This document shows, piece after piece, positions 53,901 to 64,000 of a stretch of 64,000 nucleotides of DNA (position 1 is the stretch's first letter; every line of letters starts with the position of its first letter). This DNA comes from Eledone cirrhosa (taxonomy: Eukaryota), in the NCBI GenBank assembly GCA_964016885.1, contig OZ024740.1:205034001-205098000 (forward strand), given 5' to 3'. Made by a program: the position numbers and the translations under genes. The notes beneath the pieces are model-generated. The model did not search any database. It was given only the letters and a program-made list of their open reading frames with translations, and had not been told where the DNA came from.

Positions 53901-56900
53901 TCAACTAAGTATGAGAAAATCTCTTAGCCTTTGCATGTAGGAACGACACTGAATTTCCTCTTGTATTCAAAAAAGGGGTTCACCTATTTTGGAAAATCTA
54001 ATTTTGATTATGTCATCTGTTTGAAGTTCAATGAATTCTTCCTGAAATATAACGTCCAAATCATCGATGTTAGCTATGAAGGGATCTACTATCCACATTG
54101 TGATGTCCATCTACAAAAGGTCGACAAACCGTTCTCTCATGTTGTCTTGTAGCGCATGGAGGTGAGCTGTATAAATTTGGAGTAGGTCATCGCTTACAAT
54201 GTTTTGAACATTGGCGACACTAGGAAAATTATAAATTCCCATCAACAAAGATTCCTTTCGATGACATTCAATTTGGCCAGGAATGTTTTCACAGCATTCC
54301 TTGCTTTAAGCAAGGTGATCTTCTTCCCCTGCAAAGCCATAATGAGGCTATTGCATTTGTCGAAGATGTTGGTGAGGTAGGCGCAGTCTTGCCTGACATC
54401 GAGGGTTTTCTTGTACAGTTCTGTGTTGCGTCCTCGAAGAAACTCAATGATAGAGTCGAACAGTTCAAAGAAGTGAGTAAGGCACTTGCCCTTTGAAAGC
54501 CACCTCACTTCAGTATGAAGGAGCAACTCAACAAATTCTTCATCCTTATCTTGGCACAGTTGCTGGAAAATTCGTTCATTGAGGGCATGGCGTTTGATAG
54601 AATTGATGACATCAATGGCCACCTGCAAGGACTTGCTCAGCGGCTTGCTGAGTTTCTTCGCAGTCAAGTGTTCTCGATCAATAACACACTGAACAGCAAA
54701 TACAGGGATTTTCTCTCTTCAGAAGAGTGACGAAACCCTTATGTTGGCTGACCATTGCTCTTGCGCCGTCTGTAGCACAATACAATGCATGTTGCATGTG
54801 GTCCTAGATGTATGTATTACCTGCCTGTGTGTTGTATGTGGTCCTAGATGTGTGTATTACCTGTTTATGTGTTGCATGTGGTCCCAGCTGTATGTATTAC
54901 CTGCTTATGTGTTGTATGTGGTCCCAGATGTGTGTGCTACCTCCTTGTGTGTTGCATGTGGTCCCAGATTCATGTATTACCTACCTGTGTGTTGTATGTG
55001 GTCCCAGATGTGTGTGCTACCTGTTTATGTGTTGTATATGGTCCCGGATGTGTGTATTACCTACCTGTGTGTTGTATGTGGTCCTAGATGTGTGTGCTAA
55101 CCGCTTCTGTGTTTTTTCTTTTCCTTTTTTATTTGTAATATTATTTATACAATTGAGAATAAAATAAATCGACATAGTGTTAACTCGTTGCAGTTGAGTT
55201 AATAATTTCAGACATGAAATACATTGTTGTTATCGGTGAAGGAGAAATAAGATCTTAACTGGCACTCAAAGTGTTCACTGTGGATTTTTCTATTTTTAGC
55301 ATCTCAATCTAGACACGCGTGCACACCTGCAGTCAGACCATAGTTATGCTGTCTGCATGCTCATTCAAATGCAATCACACTGGCTGTGTCAGAGACGTAC
55401 AAATATAGCTTATAAAACTTACCAAAGTAAAGAGCGTTCCAAGCCCCCTGTTGAGAACCTTTGGTTTAAACCAACCAAATACTGGAGTTTAACCATTTTG
55501 ATAACATTTTTCTAATAAAAGACAGCCTCTTATTTTCAAATAATTTTGAAAATAATTAAGAAGTTGGAGGGATTTATTAATATGAAATGTTTTTCATTAT
55601 TAAGCTGGTGCGTGGAACATAACTTAACAAAGGTTATAAAATTCTGATATAAGGTTTTTAGATAAATGTTCTCTAAATTAATTAAAATATTGAAATACAA
55701 TGTTTTTATTACATGCAAATGTTAAAACAAATCAATAGACTTACCATCTGTATCTCGTAAAATTTCTTCTGCAGTGCCATCATAATGTGCAACAGGGTTC
55801 ATAGCATTACGATACTGAAATATAAGCAAGACACATTATTTCACGTTATTCCAGTTCACTCAGCTGTAGAAATGAGTTGTGATGTCACTGATGCCAAGTT
55901 GTATTGGCCATTGCCTTTCCCTTGGACAGGGCAACTGTACATCTTCCACACACAAACCCTGCCCAGGCTTGAGCCACGGAAGGAGACTTTCTAGGTACAA
56001 AACCATGGTTATTAATGACTGATGGGGCCTTCTTCATATATAGGATGTCTCCCCCAAATTGTATACACATTTGAGCTATTTGCTGTTGCAGTGTGTATAC
56101 ATTTTATGTGACACCCTGTATATACAAACACATACATATATATATATATATATATACTAGCATAGGACCAATTAAAAATGAGAGAGTGTATAGCAAAGAA
56201 AAATTTAATTTAAAGATTCATTGATCACAACATTCTATGTAAAGAAGCTTGAATCAGGTTTTCTTGACCTCTGTAAACTTCAATCTGCCTTCTTTTTCTT
56301 GGTAGCCGCAGTAGTTGTAGTAGTAGCAACAATAATAGCAGCAATAGTCATAGTAGTGACGGTAGCATCAACATGAACAGCAGTAGTGACAGCAACAGTT
56401 GTGTTTTATTATACTGATATATTCATCATCATCATCATCATCACCGTTTTACGTCCGTTCTTCCATGCTAGCATGGGTTAGATGGGTTGTCCTGTTGTGG
56501 GCAGTGTCTGGTCGGCTGACCATGCCTTGCTCATACAGGAACTGATTCTGGCTTGATTTCTACAGCTGGATGCCCTTCCTAACACCAACCTCATTTACAG
56601 TGAGTGCTGGGTGCTTTTTTCGGTGGCGCTTACACGTCCACTTACAGTGTGGGCTAGGTGCTTTTTTGCCATGGCACATCCACGACCACTTTGCAGTGGG
56701 AGGGTGTGGGGGCATATTGTCTATATGCTTCAACTTGTACCCATGGGAGGTCGGGTACTCTGTATTAGTGCGCGACGCCAGAGGTCACGGTCGTGTGTCA
56801 ACGCCTTTGAGAGGTGTAATTGGGTAAGGTCGGCTTTTATCACCTCGTCCCAGGTCTTCTTGGGTCTCCCCACTCCACGGTTTCCATTGACTTCTAGTGC

Positions 56901-59900
56901 TCTGCACCTTTTTATGCAGCTGTCATCCTTCATATGCATCACATGTCCATACCAATGCAACCGCCTCTCCTGCACACAGCATTTGATTCCTCTTATGCTC
57001 AGTCTCTCTCTCAATTCATTTATGCTTTGCCGTTCACGTATATTACTATTACACATCCATCGGAGCATGCAGGCTTCGTTTCTTTCTAATCTACGTAAGT
57101 CTTCCACCTTCAGCACCCAGGTCTCACTACCATGTAACATTGCTGTTCGGATACACGCATCATACAGTCTGCCTTTCATTTTGCTAGTAGTTCCCTGAAC
57201 TATATATTATATATGTATACATCAGATTTATTTATATTCATACAACATGGTCACAGTGATTCAGCAAGATATATATTCACTAATCACCCCTGATGAAGCT
57301 GAATGAATCTAATTATACAATACTCAGGTTTATCATTGAAATCTTTCATACTTGTAGACTACAACATTCATCATATATATCAACATCATCTTCAGCAAAT
57401 ACTCACTCAGACCCTTGGCCCCACCTGAGATACTGACCATCATGAACTGGGACGGGAACTGATTCTGGCTTGATTTCTACAGCTGGATGCCCTTCCTAAC
57501 ACCAACCTCATTTACAGTGAGTGCTGGGTGCTTTTTTGCCGTGGCACCTCCACGACCACTTTGCAGTGGAATAATATGGATCCCAGTCCTTATCATCTCA
57601 TTTCTACAGCTGAGTAAACTGGAGCAATGTGAAATAAATTGTCTTGCTCAAGGAAACAACACATCACCCGGTCTGAGAATTGAACTCACAACCTTTCGAT
57701 TGCAAGGCCAATGCTCTAACCACTAAGCCATGTGCTCCATGTAAATATATAATAGGTTAGTGGCTATGTAAGTATAATACTTATTCTGTCTCTGTTTTTT
57801 TAGCTTAACTATCAAACTGCAAAACATTAGATATGTGGTTTCCTATGATATTGGCAATGTGCAACCACTTTGTGGTCTTCAATTCTTTCATTGAGCAACC
57901 GTGGACCAGAATGATCATTATATATTGATCTCTTTTGATATATATATATATATATAGCACAGGCATGGCTGAGGGATTGAGGAGTTTGCTTCACTACCAG
58001 TTAGTTCTAGGTTCAGTCCTGCTGCACAGCACCTTGTGTTGACCAATGTTTTGTGGGTAAAATTTGGTAGATGTAAACTGCAACAGCCGATTACATACAT
58101 ACACACGTGTGTGTATGGCCATATTTGTCTTTACATTTGTGTTTATCAGTGTTTATGTCCTGTAAATTATCAATTCAACAACAGAATATAATATTTATAA
58201 TATATATTCATTTGTGAACACTATAACAAACATTATATTTACAATTTGAAGTAATCATATCTTTTTCCTTTTTGCTGAAGTGAAGTAAAGACATATATTC
58301 AACCAGAATTATTGGTATTTGTTGAGTTTATCATCCTCTTCCACCACAACGACCAAAAACTTCACTTCAAGTTTTCCTATTCGAAACAAGACACACCCAA
58401 AGACAATGATAAAAACACTCACCTGATCAAGGATATGTGCATTTGGAATTTCCTGCATTAAACGTCGAGCGACACCTATATGGGATTCTGCTGAGTCAAA
58501 TGCTGCACTAGTAGGAGTTCTTACAATTTCAGCACCTAATGCTCGCAGAATGTCAACCTAAATATAATATGTCAACATGGAAAAGAAGGATTATGACATG
58601 TTAACAAAAGTTGAAACATATTTGGTCTACTAACAATACTTTTTAAACATTAAATTTATTTTGCATTTATTTGTTCCTGCCCCCACCACCCATGAATATT
58701 TACAATGTATATTTGTGGATAAGGGGTGGGAAGACAAACCAAGAAATAATTTATTTTGTTTTCTGAAGAAAAATAAAAAAAGGTATAGCTATGGTGTTGA
58801 ATCATCATCACCTCATCATCACTGTTTAACGTCTATTTTCCATGCTTGCATGGATTAGATAGATTGTCATGCTGTGAAATTAACCTGTTCAAGTGACTGT
58901 GTACTTTTGTCATAACACCTACATGGTCATTTTACAGTGTGGACTGGATGCTTTTGTTGTGACACTTACACGACCACTTACACATATATATGTGTATGTG
59001 TGAGTATAAAATGTACTTGCTGCACTGTGTCTAGTGGTAGTGCTGGTTCCATGATAAAATGTATCTAGTATAGCCTGTAAAAAAATGATGATGACGATGA
59101 ACCTTCAAGAGAAACTTAAACTCAATATATTTACAATGCTGTGAGAGAAGTAAGATATATTGTAGAGAACTAACCTTTTCATTACTCATTTTCTCTGGCA
59201 ACACTATGATACATCGGTAACCTTTAACTGCAGCAGACAGAGCAATACCAATGCCTATAACAGAAGAAATTATTATTACATAATGGATATGTGATGTGTA
59301 TGGATGATGATTATTTTTGGGTGAAGAAGTGATAGGAGCTCCAAGCAGAAGGTAGTTACAGAAGAGGAAGACCAAGAAAGACTTGGGCAGAAGCAGTGAG
59401 AGCAGATCTCAGGATACTCAACCTCACAGAAGAGATGGTGAAGAAACATGACAGAAGGAGGAAAGCTATGTAGGAGAAAACTCATCAAACCCTTGCAAGC
59501 ATGGCAACGTGGACGTGATGATGATGAGATAAAAGACTATAGTAATGTTATTATTTTTATTTTATATTTTTTTGTTGTTTTCCTGGCATTAAATATTTTA
59601 ACACTAAACTTAACTATAAATGGTTTCTAATTTAAGCAGGAGGCCAGTAATTTGAGGAGGGGAGATTTGATTATATCAACTTGACTGCTTCTTTGAAAGG
59701 ATGAAAAGCAAAGTTGACCTTGGCGAACTTAGAATTAAAGAGCCATTATAAATACTATAAGGTATTTTGTCCAGTGCTCTAATGGTTCTGACAATCCACC
59801 TTAAACTATAAACAAAAAGAAAAAAATTAGTTTCTGCTATTCAAATTTCACTCACAAGTTATTGATTAGCCTGGAGATATAGTAGATCCTTACTTGCTTA

Positions 59901-60340
59901 AAGTGCCCCACAGTGGAACTCACAACCTGAAACCCCTTACAAAAAGCATCCAATCCACAATGTAAATGAGGTTGGCATTAGGAAGGGTATCCATCTGTAA
60001 AAACTAAGCCCAAATCAGTTCAGTATGAGCAAGACATGATCACCTGACCTGGCATTGCTCACAACAAGATAACTCATCTAACCCGCGCTAGCATGGAAGA
60101 ATGGACATACAACGGTGGTGATGATGGTGATGATGACAGCCATGCCTAAAATAGAATATACACCCCACCACCCAAGAAAAAAAAAACCTCTGAAAATAGT
60201 CTCACCAGTGTTTCCTGATGTTGGTTCAATTAAAACATCACCAGGTTTCAAGTAACCTTTAGCTTCAGCTTCTTCTACCATGCGCAAGCCAATCCTATCT
60301 TTGACACTGCCTCCAGAATTAAAGAATTCACATTTGGCCA
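22712..60340 (-). CDS. CBS: Cystathionine beta-synthase, spliced gene span; 13 coding exons in window, 5' part missing
   Basis: Exons join in frame through GT-AG introns (1352 nt total). Motifs: [15 protein letters not shown] (PLP lysine), [50 protein letters not shown] and a C-terminal CBS/Bateman pair. Confidence 0.97.
23030..23241. mobile_element. Second TTAA-flanked MITE family (further degraded copies near 15675, 28300-28810, 29400-29900, 51030, 55490)
   Basis: ttaa(t/c)ccttttgat ... ggtaacaaaagggttaa ends. Confidence 0.55.
23668..23882. mobile_element. hAT (Tip100-like) MITE
   Basis: Ends cagtagc... and ...ctagctacgtcactg; perfect 8-bp TSD ctagcaag. Confidence 0.75.
24530..24614 (-). 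CDS. CBS: CBS exon (85 nt): [28 protein letters not shown]
   Basis: ctttag| ... |gtaagt; resembles human [24 protein letters not shown]. Confidence 0.9.
24783..25113 (-). mobile_element. tRNA-derived SINE (same family; partial copies at about 19856, 28438, 55830, 57596)
   Basis: gtgaaggtgcgtggcttagtggttagagc head, B box gagttcaattc, tail tttaccctttaccc. Confidence 0.8.
25840..25948 (-). CDS. CBS: CBS exon (109 nt): [36 protein letters not shown]
   Basis: ttttag| ... |gtaaat; phase fits. Confidence 0.92.
26305..27190 (-). mobile_element. CRE-clade 3' fragment
   Basis: ORF 26311-26907 with CRCG...HPLSC zinc knuckle and KRPDG; reverse complement similar to 48357-49240. Confidence 0.85.
28900..29034 (-). 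CDS. CBS: CBS exon (135 nt): [44 protein letters not shown] (CBS1 motif)
   Basis: tttcag| ... |gtaagt; DQxPVVD motif. Confidence 0.93.
29143..29293. repeat. ~42-bp minisatellite, about 3.5 units
   Basis: acatcatacaacttcaaacaccattagacaatatattatcaaa repeated. Confidence 0.85.
30031..30111 (-). CDS. CBS: CBS exon (81 nt): [26 protein letters not shown]
   Basis: ctgtag| ... |gttggt; linker to regulatory domain. Confidence 0.92.
30687..30798 (-). CDS. CBS: CBS exon (112 nt): [37 protein letters not shown]
   Basis: cattag| ... |gtaagt. Confidence 0.95.
31550..32082 (+). mobile_element. Hammerhead-containing Penelope-pLTR-like element with short inverted 5' segment
   Basis: Perfect 37-bp inverted repeat 31550-31586 / 31962-31998, internal hammerhead, (TA)n on both flanks. 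Confidence 0.5.
31761..31838 (+). ncRNA. Type I hammerhead ribozyme candidate (different family)
   Basis: Stem I CACATG/CATGTG, CUGAUGA 31767-31773, GAAA 31808-31811, stem III A-CAA-t-CTC/GAG-t-TTG-T, GUA triplet ending at 31832. Stem II is weak (cca/tgg with a C-C closing mismatch). Confidence 0.6.
32216..32311 (-). ncRNA. Type I hammerhead ribozyme candidate (inverted copy, CBS-sense strand)
   Basis: CUGACGA 32297-32291, GAAA 32243-32240, GUC 32234-32232. Same stems as the 33661 copy except a C-A mismatch at the first stem I pair (32231). Confidence 0.68.
33661..33756 (+). ncRNA. Type I hammerhead ribozyme candidate
   Basis: CUGAUGA 33675-33681, GAAA 33729-33732, GUC cleavage triplet 33738-33740. 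Stem I cac/gtg extended by catttt/aaaatg. Long stem II (gatcagtgata-atcgatc / gatcgat-c-tatcccttatt). Short palindromic stem III (ACATGT). Confidence 0.75.
33998..34240 (-). mobile_element. Second tRNA-derived SINE family (copies at about 39690, 49790, 50480, 60480-60945, 63210)
   Basis: B box agttcaaatcc, then gaggttaacttt...ggggtcgataaaat(g/a)aagtaccag. Confidence 0.75.
34308..36414 (+). mobile_element. RTE-clade LINE, 5'-truncated (RT + PHD finger), a few stops/frameshifts
   Basis: [44 protein letters not shown] motifs; 3' UTR ends GTTAAAC(GAT)n. Confidence 0.93.
36583..38097 (+). mobile_element. Second near-identical RTE LINE copy in tandem, more 5'-truncated, open ORF 36712-37704
   Basis: Nearly identical to 34908-36414; separated from it by TA-rich microsatellite; (GAT)n tail. 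Confidence 0.93.
38149..39098. mobile_element. Foldback/MITE with ~210-bp terminal inverted repeats
   Basis: 38149-38360 is the reverse complement of 38894-39098 apart from one short indel; AT-rich non-coding interior. Confidence 0.85.
38400..38487. mobile_element. Small hAT MITE nested in the foldback element
   Basis: TIR cagagctgcggag/ctccgcagccctg; TSD tataataa/tataatac. Confidence 0.75.
43088..43245. mobile_element. hAT MITE
   Basis: TIR cagtggttctca/tgagaatccctg; perfect 8-bp TSD atctaacc. Confidence 0.85.
43323..43407 (-). CDS. CBS: CBS exon (85 nt): [28 protein letters not shown]
   Basis: ttctag| ... |gtaag. Confidence 0.95.
43772..45799 (+). mobile_element. Third copy of the same RTE family, inserted into a piggyBac-like MITE
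   Basis: ORF 44329-45453 (HADD variant), (GAT)n tail; the flanks are the two halves of the MITE seen intact at 52540 and 63761. Confidence 0.92.
46690..49250 (+). mobile_element. CRE-clade non-LTR retrotransposon (RT + restriction-like endonuclease), frameshifted; 5' boundary uncertain
   Basis: GC-rich island; [43 protein letters not shown]...LVWDATC...AVETFG. Confidence 0.85.
49558..49683 (-). CDS. CBS: CBS exon (126 nt): [42 protein letters not shown]
   Basis: ttctag| ... |gtaagt. Confidence 0.96.
50020..50420 (+). mobile_element. R4/Dong-clade non-LTR 3' remnant
   Basis: Fragments [39 protein letters not shown]; (TAA)n tail. Confidence 0.7.
51430..52010 (+). mobile_element. Degraded RTE LINE 3' fragment
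   Basis: Nucleotide similarity to the FRYLGD...HGSETW region of the other copies. Confidence 0.75.
52383..52474 (-). CDS. CBS: CBS exon (92 nt): [31 protein letters not shown]
   Basis: ttttaaag| ... |gtgagt; GTGGT phosphate loop and CXXC. Confidence 0.96.
52540..52737. mobile_element. piggyBac-like MITE
   Basis: TTAA|ccctttaa ... taaaggg|TTAA. Confidence 0.75.
53086..55463 (-). mobile_element. hAT (Charlie/Buster-like) DNA transposon with degraded transposase
   Basis: TIRs cacaggttctcaac / gttgagaacctttg; 8-bp TSD gtttaaaa/gtttaaac; ORF 54242-54667 with [12 protein letters not shown]. Confidence 0.88.
54788..55098. repeat. 40-bp minisatellite, about 8 units, inside the hAT element
   Basis: Unit approx. 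gttgtatgtggtcccagatgtgtgtattacctgcctgtgt. Confidence 0.92.
55745..55814 (-). CDS. CBS: CBS exon (70 nt): [23 protein letters not shown]
   Basis: tttcag| ... |gtaagt. Confidence 0.95.
56041..56118. mobile_element. Tiny Tc1/mariner-type MITE (related half copy at about 41040)
   Basis: taggatgtc...tgtatacac / gtgtatac...gacaccctg, flanked by TA. Confidence 0.45.
56424..57181 (-). mobile_element. RTE LINE 3' fragment (sense to CBS)
   Basis: ORF 56730-57179 [21 protein letters not shown]...RLHWYGHV; (CAT)n tail on the + strand. Confidence 0.9.
58423..58557 (-). CDS. CBS: CBS exon (135 nt): [45 protein letters not shown]
   Basis: tttag| ... |gtgagt; hand translation. Confidence 0.96.
59175..59254 (-). 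CDS. CBS: CBS exon (80 nt): [27 protein letters not shown]
   Basis: ttatag| ... |gttagt; in frame with neighbouring exons. Confidence 0.96.
60206..60340 (-). CDS. CBS: CBS exon (135 nt): [44 protein letters not shown]
   Basis: Acceptor tttcag|, donor |gtgag; PLP-binding SVKDR motif. Confidence 0.96.
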
Positions 60341-61084
60341 CTGAAACCCATGGAAAGAAAAGAAATCTTCATTATAAAATGACAATGACTCTGTCTTCAG
60401 CAAAACATTTCTATGGTAACTATTAAAAAACAAACAAACAAAAAACTGCATCTCAACGCAAATGATTATAAAAATGGTTTCTTATATAGGCACAAGGCCA
60501 GCAATTTTGGGGGAGGGGAAAGTCGATTAAATCGACACCAGTGCATGACTGGTACTTTATTTTATCAACCCCGTAAGGATGAACGGCAAAGTTAACCTCA
60601 GCGGGATTTGAACTCAGATCATAAAGGGTTGTAACTCTATGCTGCAAAGCATAGGGAAAGCTAACCTCAACAGGATTTGAATTCGGAATGTAAAGAGATG
60701 TAACTCTATGCCACAAAGCATGTTGTCTGATGCTCTACCAATTCAGCCAATCCACCGCCCTAATAATTGTTTCTACTATTGGCAAAAGGCCAGCAATTAC
60801 CCAGTACATTACTGGTACTTTATTTTATCGACCCCGTAAGGATGAAAGGCAAAGTTAACCTCGACGGGATTTGAATTCAGACCGTAAAGGGACGTAACTA
60901 TGCTGGAAAGCATGGCGTCCAACCCTCTACCGATACTGCCAATAATAGTTAAGTAAATTGAGGAACTGGCATAAATTCTATAAAATGTACACAATGCAGG
61001 TCTAACAGGTAGGGAAAAATATGTATGCAGTAGAAGTACAGGGAAATTTGACAGTAGAAGTTGCATTGATAGACACATTTTTCA

Positions 61085-61721
61085 AATGCAGGTAGGTTCT
61101 ATAGAAGTGGTTGATAGCTTCCGGTACCTAGGTGATCAGATTAGCATGGGAGGGGGGTCTTCTGAGGCCATAGCATCTAGAATAAGGATGGGTTGGAAGA
61201 AGTTTAGGGAGCTGCTTCCTCTGCTGACAAAGAAGGGTTTCTCCCTGTGTACGAAAGGTTGGTTATATGATGCCTGTGTGAGGTGCGCGATGCTGCATGG
61301 TAGTGAGACATGGGCAGCAACTGCAGAGGATATGCGACGGCTGGAGAGAAATGAAGCAAGCATGCTCCGTTGGATGTGCAATGTCAATGTATGTGAATGA
61401 CCGAGCAAGGATGTGTTGAGAGAGAAACTGTGTTTAAGAAGGATAAGTTGTAGTGTGCGGGAGAGAAGACTGCGATGGTATGGACATGTGATGCGCATGG
61501 AGGATGACCGCTGGGTAAAGAAGTGCCAAGAAATGCCAGTAGAAGGAAGACGCAGTAGAGGAAGACCACAAAAAACATGGCTGAAGGTGGTGAGAGTAGA
61601 CTTCCGATCACTGAAGCTCACAGAGGAGATGACGAAGGACCGTGACAAGTGGAGAGATGCTGAATAGGACCCATGCCACTCTTGCAAGCAGGGAAAAGCA
61701 GACAATGATGATGATGATGAT
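61085..61721 (+). mobile_element. RTE LINE 3' fragment
   Basis: [10 protein letters not shown]...LHGSETW...RLRWYGHV; (GAT)n tail. Confidence 0.88.
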
Positions 61722-61869
61722 TTGCATTGGGATGTGCACATTTCAAATTTTCCAAATGCTTCATAAGTCAATCATGTTTAAAATAAAAAGCAATTAATAT
61801 ACAGACACGTCACCATATTTCTAACAAGAAAATACTGCCTTTCAATTTCAATTATCAAAATAATCAATG

Positions 61870-62345
61870 CCTTGGCCTCCGTGTGTGTGAGCCACACAAA
61901 TGCTGTTGTGAGGCTGTCGTTGACAAGCTTGGCCTGCACCCACTGTCATGCCACCAGAGCGCAGGCCGGTTCCTCCAAACATGCAGCAAGAGCACAGGCT
62001 GGTTCCTCCAACATGCAGCAAGAGTGCAGGCTGGTTCCTCCGACATGTTGCTCCCAACGACACCACCTGCTGTGACACGTTCTCCACCTCCAACTTAGTC
62101 GCTTCAGCCACAAACCCCGGTACTGCGGCCTGCAATGCAGAGGACAGGAAGACAAGCAAATACCGGGGATTGTCCAGTCACTTCCTCTTTGCATCGGTCG
62201 CTATCGAGACCTCAGCTGTACTTAGACCCCAACTGCTGAAATGTCAGCAGCCCGTCTGAGAAAGGAGCCCTGTGTGGTGCGGTGGCTGTTGTAGCAAGCG
62301 TTGCTGACCATTGTCCGCGGAAATGTTTTTGCAGTTTTGTCCATG
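61870..62345 (+). mobile_element. Old CRE-like 3' remnant
   Basis: PHKCCCEAVVDKLGLHPLSC; TCCDTFSTSNLVASATNPGTAA...AIETS. Confidence 0.7.
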
Positions 62346-63760
62346 GAGCGCAGCCCAAACACTGCCCAGAGCCATCACCCTCTCCCTTTCTTCTGTGGCC
62401 AAAGTCCTTGCCTTTTCCTCTTGTTTATGGCATTTATAGTCCTTTCCTCTACTTTCCCATACAGCCAGATCTGTCCTTCCCTCTTTTCTCATTACTTAAT
62501 TTTGCTTTTATCTTTCTTTTTCATATTTATATAATCATCAATGGTATTTAAGCCAACATTGCGAATAAAATAAAGCGTTCTATTTGTAAAAAAATATTAA
62601 GAATTGAAACGTTAAAAAAAAAAAAAAATGAAATTTACAGTTTACAACCATGCAGATTTAGCTGGCCTCCTCATATGAGGTTGCATATCATAGGTTTGTC
62701 GGGTATTTTTATGATAAAGGGCTCCAGTTCTATTATTTAATGCAATTAAAATTGTCTTGCTCAAGAAGAAAAACTCTTTCATGACAACCTTTCTAGTGTT
62801 GATGCCATGATAAAATGTTCTTAGTACACTCAGTAAAATGGTTGATGATAGGAAGGGCATCCAGCTGTAGAAAACTTGCCAAACAAAGGGTCAGGAGGAC
62901 TCTACAAAGACATCAGAGCTAGTGTCTTGACAAAATGCATCCAGTGCACTCTGTTGAGCACAGGCATATATGTAAGTGGGATGCAGCTCCTCTTGCCCAT
63001 CTGAGAGGTCTGTAGCTTCAATTAAATACTGATTTGGTCTGTGATGATCTGTTCAACTCTTGCTATCAACAATGTCTGGATGCAGCTAATCCCCAAAACT
63101 CTAACAACAGTAAAATGCATCCACTGCTCCTATCCTAATATTAAGGTAGCTGTTGTGACATAATCATAGCAAGACTAGATGTATGTTCATTATATGTAAA
63201 CATATTAGGGTGATGAATCGGTAGAATGTTGGACAACATGCTTTAGAGCATAAAGTTATGGCCCTTCGTGTTCTGAGTTCAAATCCCGCCGAGGTTAGCT
63301 TTTCCTTTCGTCCTTATGGATGTACTAGGGTCGATTTAATCGACTTTCTCCTCCCCCAAATTGCTGGCCTTGTGCCTATAGTAGAAATTATTATATGTAA
63401 ACATATATGGTTTCATATACAATATGAATCACACTGCTATAACTGAGACAGTATTGTACAAAGATATTCAACACAAGAAAGCTCAAATTATTTGATGCTG
63501 AAACATGTCAACATATCATATCATATATTAACTTGCTTATCAATGATCTACATTCAAACATATCCTTATACATTCTATCTGACAAAACTATTCATAAGAG
63601 TTTATTTAGTGAAGCCATGTGGCCTAATGATTAGAGTGTGTAATGGGAATTTGATTTCCAGACTTGGCTGCATATTGTCTTTGAACAAGATAATTTATTT
63701 CACCTTACTCCAGTTTACTTAGCTGAAAAAAAAAAAGTACCAGTTGCAGCTAGAGGTTAA

Positions 63761-63984
63761 CCCTTTAGTGTTTACATTACTTTATATTTACTATTATATT
63801 TTCAAGGTAAAGTCTTTACCTTACATAATGATAATCTCACATAATATTGAATCTATGAGATTTTCATATTATTTATTTTGAGAACAATACCTTAACATCC
63901 GTATAAATGGCTGGTTACAGCTGATTTGAACAGAAAGGGGTGAGAGAATTCTGGCTGGACATGGTCGGTTTAAATGCTAAAGGG
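63761..63984. mobile_element. piggyBac-like MITE, same family, inserted into a SINE
   Basis: TTAA|ccctttag ... taaaggg|TTAA; the SINE sequence ggttaa|ccct resumes after it. Confidence 0.78.
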
Positions 63985-64000
63985 TTAACCCTATGATGGA

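Noticed and set aside
54741-55167. Cys/Val-rich ORFs in three frames; superficially CRISPR-like periodicity
   Set aside because: Head-to-tail 40-bp minisatellite with no unique spacers and no cas genes, in eukaryotic DNA.
57286-57345. cccCTGATGAag hammerhead-like start
   Set aside because: No convincing stem II/GAAA/stem I partner found.
60341-64000. Upstream CBS exons (heme-binding region, IGxTP motif)
   Set aside because: Not found by eye; the region is SINE/LINE-derived, so they probably lie beyond the window.

Overview
This is AT-rich, repeat-dense animal genomic DNA. The SINE/LINE repertoire suggests a mollusc, probably an octopod cephalopod (inference). The only host gene I can support is cystathionine beta-synthase (CBS) on the minus strand: 13 coding exons from 60340 down to the stop at 22712. 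They are all GT-AG, phase-compatible and give about 450 codons. The N-terminal exons appear to lie beyond the window. The rest is mostly mobile DNA: RTE LINEs with an embedded PHD finger and (GAT)n tails, Rex3/Expander-like LINE pieces (one with a twin-priming-type 5' inversion and 13-bp TSD), CRE and R4/Dong non-LTR remnants, a hAT transposon, hAT/piggyBac/mariner MITEs, tRNA-derived SINEs and microsatellites. The most unusual signal is a cluster of three type I hammerhead ribozyme folds within about 2 kb of the 12.5-kb CBS intron. Two of them sit in the ~173-bp inverted arms of a non-coding 1.6-kb element (Penelope-like/retrozyme-like), and one of those lies on the CBS pre-mRNA strand. All folds and alignments were done by eye and need computational and experimental checks.
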